Source: Candidatus Latescibacterota bacterium (GTDB taxonomy: Bacteria; Latescibacterota; UBA2968; UBA8231). From it: 64,000 nt of DNA. The stretch is taken from contig OZ241867.1 of assembly GCA_965203175.1 (NCBI GenBank), positions 1,984,001 to 2,048,000 of the forward strand. The letters run 5' to 3'. Below the pieces are notes generated by a model, which saw only the letters and a list, made by a program, of their open reading frames with translations, searched no databases and was not told where the DNA came from. This document shows positions 20,965-30,789 of this stretch, piece by piece. Each line of letters begins with the position of its first letter. Positions within the stretch are counted from its first letter, which is position 1. A program made the translations under genes and the position numbers.

Positions 20965-21070
20965 GACAACCTGTTGTCGCTGCTTGTCGCTGCTTGTCGC
21001 AGCGCCGCGTTCGCGCCTTGGCCTTCGGCAACTCGCTTGGCGAGTTCGGCTACCGGCAAAATTTATACGC
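20965..21070 (+). repeat. attC-like imperfect palindrome 3, degenerate, with TTGTCGCTGC tandem repeat
   Basis: GACAAC...TTTATACGC; core TTCGCGCCTTGGCCTTCGGCAACTCGCTTGGCGAGTT. Confidence 0.5.
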
Positions 21071-21139
21071 CAGCCATTAGTTTCGTAGACTCATAAACCA
21101 TCTGTGAAGGTATTAGGCAAAGCGGTCAGGAGATGCCAA

Positions 21140-21547
21140 GTGAAAGATCAGCTAGATAGCGTGAGATGTTTTCACGAGGTGTTCCAGGCATACATGGAGC
21201 GCACGCCTACGGCAAGGGTGCCTGTGGAGATAAGCCAAGGGCGTATCCAGATGTTTTTGGAGGAGCTAGAAGAGTATCGAGCGGCCGTGAATAACCACGA
21301 CATCGTCGAGATCGCAGACGCCCTTACCGACATGCTTTACGTACTGCTGGGTACGTTCATCACGCATGGCCTGCAGGACATTGCCGAAGAGCTCTTTGCT
21401 GAAGTCCACCGCAGCAACATGAGTAAGCTAGATGAGCAGGGTAAGCCGATATTCAGGAAGGATGGCAAAGTGTTGAAGTCCAATCAGTTTTCAGAACCGG
21501 ATTTACGCTCGATCATAGCGAAAATTGGTCCAGTTGAGCCAAGATAA
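21140..21547 (+). CDS. MazG-like / PRA-PH-like NTP pyrophosphohydrolase
   Basis: EELEEY...EIADALTDMLYV...EVHRSNMSK...GKVLK; AGGAG RBS before GTG 21140. Confidence 0.85.
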   Translation: MKDQLDSVRCFHEVFQAYMERTPTARVPVEISQGRIQMFLEELEEYRAAVNNHDIVEIADALTDMLYVLLGTFITHGLQDIAEELFAEVHRSNMSKLDEQGKPIFRKDGKVLKSNQFSEPDLRSIIAKIGPVEPR

Positions 21548-21575
21548 ATGAACGAATCTAGGCATACCGAAACCT

Positions 21576-22367
21576 ATGACGACAGCACTTGATTCAACGA
21601 ACAATTCAGAGCTTGTAGCAACGCTGGAAGAGGCGGCGCTGAACGGGCTACCCGCGCTGCAAACAGAGTTCTACGACGGCTGGATCGTTCGGATGTCTGA
21701 GGGATACAGTCGCCGTGCCAACTGTGTAGTCCCGCTGTATGAATCCACAACCCCGCTCCAAGAGAAGCTGGTTCATTGTGAAGCGGCATACGCGCGGGCA
21801 TCGCTACCTTGCCTTTTCAAGATTTTTCCTGCCTGTCAACCTATGAATTTGGACGGGACCTTGGCGCAGCTTCAGTACGCTAGAGACGCCGATACACTGG
21901 TTCAAACCATGCGGCTTGAGGCCCGTCCCGCTAGTTCCCCTGCCATATCGCTATACGAAGGGGCAACAGATGAGTGGCTCGAAACCTGGAGCCGTCTGTC
22001 CGGTCGCAATCAGCACGCTGACATATTGCGCACCTTGCTCAACGCGATCTCCACTCCTTCGGCCTATGTTATCGCCCGGACTGCTGGCCAATCCGTAGGC
22101 TGCGCCCGCGCCGTTGTTTCGGGCTCAATCTTGGGACTCTTTGATTTGATGGTTGATCCCAAGCATCGGGGTCAGGGCTTCGGTCGTGGGCTCCTTGAGG
22201 CACGCCTCAACTGGGGATTTGAGCAGGGGGCGCGTCTGGCATACCTACAGGTGATGGCGAACAACGAGCCAGCTCTGGCTCTGCAACGCAAGTATGGTTT
22301 CAGCGAGTCGTACCGGTATTGGTATCGAGTGCAACCCTCCTCTGATCTGGAGGACGGAAACTGTTGA
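21576..22367 (+). CDS. GNAT family acetyltransferase
   Basis: GYSRRANCV, VDPKHRGQGFG, AYLQV..NNEPA...YGF. Confidence 0.85.
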   Translation: MTTALDSTNNSELVATLEEAALNGLPALQTEFYDGWIVRMSEGYSRRANCVVPLYESTTPLQEKLVHCEAAYARASLPCLFKIFPACQPMNLDGTLAQLQYARDADTLVQTMRLEARPASSPAISLYEGATDEWLETWSRLSGRNQHADILRTLLNAISTPSAYVIARTAGQSVGCARAVVSGSILGLFDLMVDPKHRGQGFGRGLLEARLNWGFEQGARLAYLQVMANNEPALALQRKYGFSESYRYWYRVQPSSDLEDGNC

Positions 22368-22432
22368 GATTGCAAGGGGTTACGTAGAATAATCCAGCCT
22401 CGCGGTATAGGTTCCGACTGTTTACACGGATA

Positions 22433-23592
22433 GGCGTTGTTGCATGAATCATATCTGGGGCATCATTGTCGAATGTTGTTTTTTGTTCAGTTGATTTTTT
22501 CTACTCGATACGACTGGGGTTTGCCCACATGGATCATTCGATTGAGGAGGGCACAGCCGAGGCGACTTTCGACCTGTTGGTTGATCCAGCTACGCGCCTT
22601 CAGCTTGTCGCCGATGAGGTGCTTATAGCGATAGATTTGCGTTTCGGCCAACGAGCGTCGATGATAGCCACTGGCCTGTTTCCACTCCTTGCGTCCCTTT
22701 CGTCGTATGGCCCGCAGGATTTCATCGCGCGCCAACGGGGGGACCTTACAATTACCATGCTGATGGATTGTAGCGTCTTTGCGCAGTGCGATGATCGGCC
22801 GAATCGAGGGATCACTCCGCGTGGCCAAGGCGTCGAACACCTTCTGTTTGTCATAGGCCCCATCGCCGCCTACCGCCTCCACCGCCTCGTCGACTTGGGT
22901 CAACAGAGGGGCCACCTGCGAGGCATCATCGATCCGATGGGACGTCAACGTCTGCGCGACCACCTCGCCGGTGGCCTCGTTGACCCCCACATGCAGTTTG
23001 CGCCACGTGCGCCGTTTGGTCCAGCCGTGTTGACGGACTTTCCTCTCGCCCTCGCCATAGACTTTCAAACCCGTCGAATCCACTACCAAGTGCATCGGGC
23101 TAGCCGGGCTATCGGGCTGCTTTTTCGGCAACTCCACCGCCAAGGCCCCTTGGCGACGCGACAAGGTCGAGTAGTCCGGCACGGCCAAGGCCAACCCCAT
23201 CAAGTCCAACAGCGATTGGATAAACCCCTGCGTCTGGCGCAACGGCAACCCAAGCAACACCCGCATCGTCAACATCCATTCAATCGCTGGATCCGAATAG
23301 ACAAACTGAGCACCCCGTTGCGATGGCCCCTGAGCATACCATTGCTTCCACAGACCATCGTCCAGCCACACCGTCAGGCTACCACGAGCCACCAACGCCC
23401 GATTATACGACGACCAATTCTTAACCCGATACACCGGTTGCGACTTGACCGAGGGCGAACTGCCAGATACTTTGCTCATCACAGGCTCTTTGGGAAGAAA
23501 GGAACGTGTTTCTTGCTGGAAACCACGAACCAATCTAACCGAAGAGCCTGACTCATTTCAAGACCCGAACACAGCTTTCATGCAACAACGCC
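22433..23592 (-). mobile_element. IS5 family (IS903 group) insertion sequence, 1160 bp
   Basis: Perfect 16-bp terminal inverted repeats GGCGTTGTTGCATGAA (22433-22448) / TTCATGCAACAACGCC (23577-23592) flanking a transposase. Confidence 0.9.
22487..23479 (-). CDS. IS5/IS903-group DDE transposase
   Basis: YRVKNWSSYNRALVARGSL, PDYSTLSRR, VVDSTGLK, WRKLH, GDGAYD, GYHRRSLAET. Confidence 0.9.
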   Translation of the reverse strand: MSKVSGSSPSVKSQPVYRVKNWSSYNRALVARGSLTVWLDDGLWKQWYAQGPSQRGAQFVYSDPAIEWMLTMRVLLGLPLRQTQGFIQSLLDLMGLALAVPDYSTLSRRQGALAVELPKKQPDSPASPMHLVVDSTGLKVYGEGERKVRQHGWTKRRTWRKLHVGVNEATGEVVAQTLTSHRIDDASQVAPLLTQVDEAVEAVGGDGAYDKQKVFDALATRSDPSIRPIIALRKDATIHQHGNCKVPPLARDEILRAIRRKGRKEWKQASGYHRRSLAETQIYRYKHLIGDKLKARSWINQQVESRLGCALLNRMIHVGKPQSYRVEKIN

Positions 23593-23629
23593 GTTAATAT
23601 TTGTGGATTGGGTGGGCTGTTTTGATTAT

Positions 23630-23651
23630 TATTCATTCAATTGAATAAATA
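23630..23651. promoter_or_regulatory. Palindromic operator-like site
   Basis: TATTCATTCAA|TTGAATAAATA, one mismatch, 30 nt before ATG 23682. Confidence 0.45.
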
Positions 23652-23681
23652 GCCACAAACAGCAAACAGAGGCGTTTTTAT

Positions 23682-24083
23682 ATGGATATTATCATTCCCA
23701 TTATCGCGGATATTGTAGCGTCCCCATTCTTCTTGGTCTGCCTTGGGATTTTGGCGGCTTGGGCGATACTACTCTATGGGAGCTGGCAATGGCGACAGCG
23801 GCACAAGAGAATCCAAGCCTTGGTCGAGCGCATAAGAGCCATACACGCCCAAGCGGGAACGCGCCCTCGACACCTGCCCTCGTTGGCTAGCAGCTATCAT
23901 CTTTTTTCCGAAAGCATCAACTGGGTGTTCAGGCTCGACCGGGAACTTAACGCCCTAGAGCGCCAGCGCGGAATGCGCGTTCCCTATAGTCGACGGGGGT
24001 TGTCCTTGTCCTCTGGTGAGGGTGAGGAAGTACTCAACGGCTTCAGCCGACGGGTCGAAGCGTTGGAGGGTTCTCAGCGCTAG
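23682..24083 (+). CDS. Hypothetical membrane-anchored protein
   Basis: N-terminal TM helix; GAGG upstream. Confidence 0.5.
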   Translation: MDIIIPIIADIVASPFFLVCLGILAAWAILLYGSWQWRQRHKRIQALVERIRAIHAQAGTRPRHLPSLASSYHLFSESINWVFRLDRELNALERQRGMRVPYSRRGLSLSSGEGEEVLNGFSRRVEALEGSQR

Positions 24084-24104
24084 TAGCGCTAATCTCGTTA
24101 TCCC

Positions 24105-25364
24105 TCACGGTCCGTAGTTGACCCGCCACTTGCTCAAATCCGGCTGATGCGCCCGTTTCCGTTCCAACTCGTACGCATAGATAACTCGGCCTAGTTCGGC
24201 CAAAAACGGCAGCCCCACCTCGTCGTACTCGTAGGCCCCGTCGTTAAAAATGCCGTTCTCGTTTACCAGTACCACGGCTGTTAGCAAAAACTCGACCCCG
24301 CGCTCGAAATCGACGACGTAGGCGTTGTCTGTCACATACCCATAAGCCAATCCGACCTTGTTAAAGATCCGCACCGAGTCGGGCATGGGTGCCTTGCTGT
24401 CGCCGAACAGGAAGAATTTTACATAACTGTCATAGTATTTTTCTGGATCGTATCGGGGATGGGGGCACTCGCGGGGCAACATGGACATGGCGCGGTAGAG
24501 AAAGCGGTAGTCGTCGGTCCGCAGGTCGAAGTGTCGTTCGGCGGGCAGTTCCTCGGGGAAAAACACCGCCACCAGTAGGTCTTGTAACACTTCCACTGAC
24601 ATGTAGTTCGATCCGGCGAAATCCTTGGGCGCGGCTACCAACTCCCCGTTTTGGATGTGTCCCTCGCCCTTGGGAATCGGCGCGGGTGCGCGCCACGTAT
24701 GCGGATTGACCAACATCGGCTGCTGGTAGAGTACTTGGTTTCCTCGGTAGAACGCCAGCGGATTTGTATGCCGGTTTTCCTCGGGCGAGCGCGCGATGGC
24801 GAGCCGGTGCGTCAGGCGCACATCCCGGTACCCCTTCTCCCACAGCCCTTCGTTCAACCGCTGCTGCCCCACAAACTCGTAGAGCCGGTTGTACGCGTCG
24901 TTGTCGCTGACGGCGAAGAGCTTGCGGATGTAGTGGGCAATTGTGGGCAGTCCATCCGGTGCGGTCGGATCTTCGCGCACTGCGGTCTGGCCGCTGAACG
25001 CGCTGTCGATGCGGACGGGCGTATGTCGATCCACGCCCGCAATGCCCAGTTGATTGAGCTTCTCCAGCGCCAGCAGGGCACCCGCCAGCTTGATTGCACT
25101 GGCCGGATAGAAATAGTCCTGCGAATTGACGCGGTACTCGTGTCGGGTAAAATGCGGTCGGTTGTCTGAGTCGCGATCGATTTGCGTATAGAGAATTTGC
25201 ACTTCGCGCTTGGCCGCGGCCGCGAGCACGGGCGCGCAGATGGGATTGGAGTTCAATAGGGCTTCAAGCAAGGTTCCTCTGTCTCCGCGGACCGCAGCGG
25301 GATAGATGCAGGTTGCGACCACCGCGACCACCGCGACCACCGGACTGATTCCATGTTTAGGCAT
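24105..25364 (-). CDS. Serine hydrolase, class A beta-lactamase-like fold
   Basis: YPASAIK (SxxK), VSDNDAYN (SDN), FNKVG; signal peptide. Confidence 0.8.
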   Translation of the reverse strand: MPKHGISPVVAVVAVVATCIYPAAVRGDRGTLLEALLNSNPICAPVLAAAAKREVQILYTQIDRDSDNRPHFTRHEYRVNSQDYFYPASAIKLAGALLALEKLNQLGIAGVDRHTPVRIDSAFSGQTAVREDPTAPDGLPTIAHYIRKLFAVSDNDAYNRLYEFVGQQRLNEGLWEKGYRDVRLTHRLAIARSPEENRHTNPLAFYRGNQVLYQQPMLVNPHTWRAPAPIPKGEGHIQNGELVAAPKDFAGSNYMSVEVLQDLLVAVFFPEELPAERHFDLRTDDYRFLYRAMSMLPRECPHPRYDPEKYYDSYVKFFLFGDSKAPMPDSVRIFNKVGLAYGYVTDNAYVVDFERGVEFLLTAVVLVNENGIFNDGAYEYDEVGLPFLAELGRVIYAYELERKRAHQPDLSKWRVNYGP

Positions 25365-25416
25365 GTGCGATCCTGTGTAAAAACGCTTAGGACCGGTGCA
25401 AGGTAGGGTGCTGCGT

Positions 25417-26130
25417 TTATTCAGGGGGTGGCGGAGGCGCGCTTTGGATGATGGTCTCGATGAAGACTCCGCCGAATATCCAGATTAGCCACAAAAGCCC
25501 AAGCGTGAGGGTCGCCTTCCGCGCGGGCGCGTCGGCCAGCACGCTCAATCCGACGCCCATGATCCCAATTTGCCAAAGATCAAAGGGGTTGAGGGCCGTA
25601 AGGATCCGGCCGCCAAACGTGGCTGCGGCCTCCTCGGACAAAAAGAGGCCCAGCCCCAGATGCGCCCCGATGTCGCCCATCGCCAGCACCAGCACCGCCC
25701 GCACCGCCCACTCGACGGCCACCACTAACATCGCATACGCTTTGACTACCAGCATTTGCCGATAGCTGACCTCGGCTTGGAAAACGGAGCGCGCCAGCAT
25801 CAAAAGCACGCCTCCGACCACGACTAAGGAGAAAAAAAGCCCCACCGGGATCACCATCCAGCCATGCGCTTGGAACGCCTCCGCCTGCTGCCGCTCGGCC
25901 TCGTCCAAGCTCTCTAGCTGCTCTTGGACGGCCGGTGTCCCTACGTCGAGGGTCAGGTTATGGGCACCGATCCCCACCGCGCAGACGAGGAGGACTGGCA
26001 GCAACCAGTCGTGTGCGCTCTCTTGGTCGCGCACCGCTGCAAAAGCCGTGCGCGGCGCGTAAAACACGCGCTGTATCCGCTCGAAGAGGCTCAGATCTTC
26101 GGCGGCAAATCCCGGTCCGGTTGCGCTCAT
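25417..26130 (-). CDS. Yip1-family membrane protein
   Basis: VFYAPRTAF, several TM helices, LNPFDLW. Confidence 0.75.
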   Translation of the reverse strand: MSATGPGFAAEDLSLFERIQRVFYAPRTAFAAVRDQESAHDWLLPVLLVCAVGIGAHNLTLDVGTPAVQEQLESLDEAERQQAEAFQAHGWMVIPVGLFFSLVVVGGVLLMLARSVFQAEVSYRQMLVVKAYAMLVVAVEWAVRAVLVLAMGDIGAHLGLGLFLSEEAAATFGGRILTALNPFDLWQIGIMGVGLSVLADAPARKATLTLGLLWLIWIFGGVFIETIIQSAPPPPPE

Positions 26131-26521
26131 TAGTCGTGTGTTTCCGTTTGTGCAAGTGAATGGACGGACAAACGGATTGGGCCGTCTATCCGGTTGTGAA
26201 TTCCTTTAATATAGAGGCCGCAGTGCCAATTCCAAACCAAGGAGTGGAGGGGATGAGATGGGTTTGAGCAGGTTGGACGGCCCGGAATAGGCAAATTAGT
26301 CGCTTGTGCTGCGGCTGAGATTGACTATATTAAGCCCGTCACTTGTCTCTGCAATAGTTGTAGGGGCGTTAATGCACCATGTTGGCAGTCGTTCGGATCC
26401 GCGTAGATTCCTACCCCCGGGCCTGATGTAGTTTTCCTACCGAAAAGCCTGAAGCAGTAGATTCCTACTCAAAGTTATTCGCACGTTCTGCTCTAACCGC
26501 ACATTGCAAAGGATTTTACCC

Positions 26522-26731
26522 ATGGCAGATCGCGAGAAGGGAACCGTAAAGTGGTTCAACGACGCGAAGGGCTTCGGATTTATCGAGCGCGAGAACGGCG
26601 AAGACGTCTTCGTCCACCACAGCGCGATCCGGGCCGAGGGTTTCCGCACCTTGTCCGACGGGCAGCAAGTGGAGTTTGAGGTCGTTCAGGGCAAGAAAGG
26701 CCCGGCGGCTGAGAGCGTCGTAGCACTTTAG
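26522..26731 (+). CDS. cspA: Cold-shock protein
   Basis: [31 protein letters not shown]; paralog name uncertain. Confidence 0.95.
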   Translation: MADREKGTVKWFNDAKGFGFIERENGEDVFVHHSAIRAEGFRTLSDGQQVEFEVVQGKKGPAAESVVAL

Positions 26732-26750
26732 GCTTGTCCTGATATAGTGC

Positions 26751-26790
26751 AAAAGGGGGTGATGTGCACTGCATCACTCCCTTTTATTTT
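26751..26790 (+). terminator. Intrinsic terminator between csp and RRM gene
   Basis: AAAAGGGGGTGATG...CATCACTCCCTTTT followed by ATTTT. Confidence 0.7.
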
Positions 26791-26800
26791 TGGAGTTTGA

Positions 26801-27070
26801 ATGAAAATTCGAATCGATAATCTATCTTCTGATACCACCGAGGACGACCTCCGCACGCTGTTTGAGCTGTTTGGGGCCGTCGCCGCTGTTACCATTGATC
26901 CGCGCCGCCGCTGGGGCCAAATCGACATGCCCAGCAAGGCCGCGGCCCGCGAGGCCATCGACATGCTCAACGGGCAACATCTCAAGGGCCTTGACCTGGT
27001 CGTCCAAGAAATGGTCGACCGCCCCTCCGCGCGCCCGCGCGGTAGGCCACGCAGGGGCCGAAGGCGCTAG
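26801..27070 (+). CDS. RRM-domain RNA-binding protein
   Basis: IRIDNLSSDTTEDDLRTLFELFG, AIDMLNG; Arg-rich tail. Confidence 0.8.
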   Translation: MKIRIDNLSSDTTEDDLRTLFELFGAVAAVTIDPRRRWGQIDMPSKAAAREAIDMLNGQHLKGLDLVVQEMVDRPSARPRGRPRRGRRR

Positions 27071-27073
27071 CCC

Positions 27074-28849
27074 CTATTCGTACCACTGAGCTTGTAGGCT
27101 GAACAAGCGGCTGTACTCTCCGCCTTGCCGCATCAGGGCCTCGTGCGTCCCTTGCTCGACTATTTGTCCGCCTTTGAGCACGAGGATCCGGTCGGCGGCG
27201 CGGGCTGCGCCCAGCCGGTGTGAGATCATCACCGAAGCCTTGCCCTTGGTCATTTCTCCGAAGCGCCGATAGACCTCGGCCTCGGCTTTGGGGTCGAGCG
27301 CAGCCGTCGGCTCATCCAGCACCACGAACTCGGCCGCTCGTACCAGCGCCCGAGCCGTGGCTAGCTTCTGCCACTCACCCGTAGATAAGTCAGCACCTCC
27401 TAGTTCCTTGCCCAGCAGGGCCTCGTACTGACCGGGCAACTCGGCGATAAACGGTGCTGCACCAGCTAGCTCGGCCGCCCGCTCGACAGAGGCTTCTTGA
27501 CCCAGCGTCCCAAAGGCGATGTTGTCTCGCACGGGAAATTGGAAGCGCACAAAGTCTTGGAAGACCGCGGCAAAAAGCTGCCGGACCCGATCTTGAGGAT
27601 AGGCCAAAAGCGGTTTGTCTCCGAGCAAAACCCGTCCTCCTGTCGGCTGGTACAGCCCCATCATCAGCTTGACCAAGGTCGTCTTGCCGGCCCCGTTTTC
27701 GCCGACTAGCGCGATGCGCTCCCCCGGCCGGATCTCTAGGTCGATGCCGGCGAGCACGAGGTCGCCGTCTGGATAGTGGAAGGACACCTGCTCAAAGCGC
27801 AGCGTCAGGTTTCTTAGGTCTTGGCCTGCGTCCGCAGCCCCTGGGGACGCTTGGGGTGCCGTCAGGTCGAGGAATTCGTAGAGATCCCCTAGATACAGAG
27901 ACTCCTCGTGCAGGGTGTTCAAGGAGCGCATGATCCCGCCGAGCTGCCAAGAAAACTGCTGCACGGCCCGCGCCAACATGCCGTACTGGCCGATAGTTAG
28001 CTGCGCTCCGGCGACCAACCAGACGAGGATCGTCAGGCAGCCGACGTATCCCCAGCCTCCGATGCTGGAGGTCAGCCCGCCGAGCCAAGCCCGCTTGGCC
28101 TCTAGCCCGCGTCGCTCCGTGGCCAGCGCGACGGCTTTCTCGCGCCAGGTGTCGAGCAAGTGGTCGCGCAGCGTGAAGAGCCGCACCTCCATGGCTTGTT
28201 CGCGCTCGGTCAGCAGTTCGCGGAAATAGGATGTCTCGCGGTATTGAGGAGTGCGTTCGCGATAGACGTAGTGCGTCTTTTTGCTGATCCACATCATCAC
28301 CCACACCCCTGGGACGGAGCCGATCAAGGTCAGCGGCCCCAAGGCCCAATGCCCGGTCAGCAGCACGCCTACGACCGCAGCCATCCCCCCCAAGGTGCCG
28401 ACCGTGTCCAGCGCCACGTTGAGCAGGCTGAGGAGCCGGCCGCTCAGGTCTTCGTTGGCCCGCTTGAGCGCGTCGTAGAACGCGGGATGCTCGAAGTGGA
28501 CTAATTCGACCTTCTGCACCTTGTCCACGACTTGCCGCTGTAAGCGCACGCTGACTCGGTCTTGGACATCTGTCTGCAAGACCGCCCGCACCATATCGAG
28601 CAGCATGTGGGTGAAGAGCGTGGCGAAAAAGCCGCCGACCCAAGGCAAGGTCTGTAAAAAAGCCGCTCGGCCACCGCCCAGCGCGGCGGCGAGTTGATCG
28701 ACGATTCGCCCGGTGAGCCACAGTTCCACGGCCGGCAGCAGCGAGCCGATCAGCACGATGATGGCCAGCCCACCCGTTCCCCAGGGATGGACGCGGAGCA
28801 CCTCCTTGAGGAGCGTGGGCAAGAGGCGTATCGCGCTCAGTCGCTTCAC
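27074..28849 (-). CDS. ABC exporter, fused TMD + ATPase
   Basis: GENGAGKTT, LSTGEWQK, LDEPTAALD, SHR; GTG overlaps upstream stop. Confidence 0.9.
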   Translation of the reverse strand: MKRLSAIRLLPTLLKEVLRVHPWGTGGLAIIVLIGSLLPAVELWLTGRIVDQLAAALGGGRAAFLQTLPWVGGFFATLFTHMLLDMVRAVLQTDVQDRVSVRLQRQVVDKVQKVELVHFEHPAFYDALKRANEDLSGRLLSLLNVALDTVGTLGGMAAVVGVLLTGHWALGPLTLIGSVPGVWVMMWISKKTHYVYRERTPQYRETSYFRELLTEREQAMEVRLFTLRDHLLDTWREKAVALATERRGLEAKRAWLGGLTSSIGGWGYVGCLTILVWLVAGAQLTIGQYGMLARAVQQFSWQLGGIMRSLNTLHEESLYLGDLYEFLDLTAPQASPGAADAGQDLRNLTLRFEQVSFHYPDGDLVLAGIDLEIRPGERIALVGENGAGKTTLVKLMMGLYQPTGGRVLLGDKPLLAYPQDRVRQLFAAVFQDFVRFQFPVRDNIAFGTLGQEASVERAAELAGAAPFIAELPGQYEALLGKELGGADLSTGEWQKLATARALVRAAEFVVLDEPTAALDPKAEAEVYRRFGEMTKGKASVMISHRLGAARAADRILVLKGGQIVEQGTHEALMRQGGEYSRLFSLQAQWYE

Positions 28850-30654
28850 GACGCCTCCTGCTGGTACCACTGCGCCTGCAGGGAAAACATGCGCGCGTAT
28901 TCTCCACGGCGCTGCATCAGCTCGGCGTGCGTCCCCTCCTCCAGCACCCGGCCCTGGCTCAGGACCAAGATCCGGTCGGCCACCCGCGCCGAGGCCATGC
29001 GGTGCGAGACGAAGACCGCGGACTTGCCCTCGCTTAGGGCCAAAAATTGGCGAAAGACCTCCAACTCGGCGCGCGGGTCGAGGGCCGCGGTCGGCTCGTC
29101 AAACACGAGGACTTGGGCGTCGCGGAAGTACGCGCGCGACAGGGCCAGCTTTTGCCACTGGCCGCGCGATAGATCCTGCCCGCCCTCGAAGTAGCGGCCT
29201 AGCGTGGTGTCGTAGCGCTCGGCTAGGGACTCGATTAGCAGTACACTGCCGCCCGCAGTTGCGGCCCGCTCTACCCGAGCCTGATTGGCGAGGGCTTCGG
29301 CCTGGCCATAGCCGATGTTTTCGCGCGCGGTGCGCTGGTATTGCACGAAATCTTGGAAGACTGCGGCGCAGCGCTGGCGCAAGACCTGTGGGTCGATTTC
29401 ACGACCATCCACTCCATTGTAGAGGACGCGCCCCGCGCTCGGCTGATATAGCCCTAAGAGCAGCTTGATTAGGGTTGTCTTGCCGGCCCCGTTTTCGCCC
29501 ACTAGCGCGAGTTTTTCCCCTGGCCTAAGCCGCAAATTGACCCTGCTGAGCACGGGTGGCCCGTCGCCATAGGCAAACTCCGCGTCTTCAATTGCGATGT
29601 CCAGCGGTGCGCTCGGCAGGACTGTTTGGCCCTCCGGTTCGGGGGGCGATTCGACGAAGTCGCGCAAATCGCGGATGTGGAGCGTTTGCTCAAAGACGTC
29701 GCCCATCTGGCGCAGCAGTTGGAAGAGCGTGCCTTGGAAGCGCGTGATGGCCTCGGCAAGGGCGAAAAAGCCCCCCAAGGTCAGGGTGCCATAGGTGGCT
29801 TGGTAGAGCAAGATGACCAGCGATAAGAGCGCCGAAATGATGCCGCTCAGCCGCCCGCCGAACATGTAGCGCTGCTGGCGCAGGGTCAGTCGCAGGCGCT
29901 GCTGGCGGAGCGTTTGCGCCACCGCCTCCCAGGTGCGGACGAGGAGATCGCCCAGCCCGTAGAGCCGGACTTCCTTGGCTGCATCGCGGTCGGTCATCAG
30001 CTCGACCAAATACTCGGCGCGGCGTTGTTCGGGCGTCTGCTGGTAAAAGAGCGCGTAGATTTCGCGGCCCCGCCGAATTTGGGTGTAGAAAACCGGGGCC
30101 GTGCCCAAAAAGAGCACTAGCGGGATCGACCAGTGCCCAGTGGCAAACAGCGCGATTAGGGAGCACAGGACGACAAAACCTTCGAGCACGGCTGTGGCAT
30201 CGCGGAAGATGCCGTAGGCGCGGTAGTACGCGGCCTGCCGCGCCCGCTGCATGCGGTCGAAAAATTCTCGGCGCTCAAAGGCGTCCAAGCCCACGCCGGC
30301 CGCTCGGTCGAGGACTCGCTCTTGTAGCTTCCAGCTAGTCTGTTCCCGTATGGCCGCGCCCGCGTGTTCCTGCACCGCATTCAGCACGGCTTCCAACATT
30401 TGCAAGCCCGCCAAGCCGGCCAGCAGGGGGACCACGGTGACGAACTGGTCCTGGCCTTGGCCGAAGGCGGCGTGGACGGCATCGACGAGTTCCTTGATCA
30501 ACAGAATGCGCCCGGCTGGCAACAGGGCTGATAGGAACCGCCCGCTGGCGTTTAGGAGCATGGCCCAAGGTGCGCCGCGCCACAGGATGCCGGCGAACCA
30601 CATGAGGATCTGGCGCACTTCGCGGGGATGGATGTTGGGGGCGTTTTGATTCAC
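28846..30654 (-). CDS. ABC exporter, fused TMD + ATPase (probable heterodimer partner)
   Basis: AAKEVRLYGL, GENGAGKTT, LSRGQWQK, FDEPTAALD. Confidence 0.9.
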   Translation of the reverse strand: MNQNAPNIHPREVRQILMWFAGILWRGAPWAMLLNASGRFLSALLPAGRILLIKELVDAVHAAFGQGQDQFVTVVPLLAGLAGLQMLEAVLNAVQEHAGAAIREQTSWKLQERVLDRAAGVGLDAFERREFFDRMQRARQAAYYRAYGIFRDATAVLEGFVVLCSLIALFATGHWSIPLVLFLGTAPVFYTQIRRGREIYALFYQQTPEQRRAEYLVELMTDRDAAKEVRLYGLGDLLVRTWEAVAQTLRQQRLRLTLRQQRYMFGGRLSGIISALLSLVILLYQATYGTLTLGGFFALAEAITRFQGTLFQLLRQMGDVFEQTLHIRDLRDFVESPPEPEGQTVLPSAPLDIAIEDAEFAYGDGPPVLSRVNLRLRPGEKLALVGENGAGKTTLIKLLLGLYQPSAGRVLYNGVDGREIDPQVLRQRCAAVFQDFVQYQRTARENIGYGQAEALANQARVERAATAGGSVLLIESLAERYDTTLGRYFEGGQDLSRGQWQKLALSRAYFRDAQVLVFDEPTAALDPRAELEVFRQFLALSEGKSAVFVSHRMASARVADRILVLSQGRVLEEGTHAELMQRRGEYARMFSLQAQWYQQEAS

Positions 30655-30789
30655 GTCTAAGTCACCGCTATTTCAATTAACGCACGAATGTGCACAATCA
30701 CCACCCTGAGTCTCTCAAGTGCGGTAGTATTCTTTTTTTTTTACTCTTGTATTATCAATTAAAGCAGTCACCACCCCGAGACGCCGCTC

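Noticed and set aside
20974-21003. TTGTCGCTGC tandem repeat as an independent signal
   Set aside because: Most simply slippage within the degenerate attC-like element
22466-23551. 361-aa plus-strand ORF
   Set aside because: Antisense shadow of the IS5 transposase
24105-25364. Bona fide antibiotic-resistance beta-lactamase
   Set aside because: Only generic SxxK/SDN/KxG motifs in a much longer protein; activity cannot be inferred
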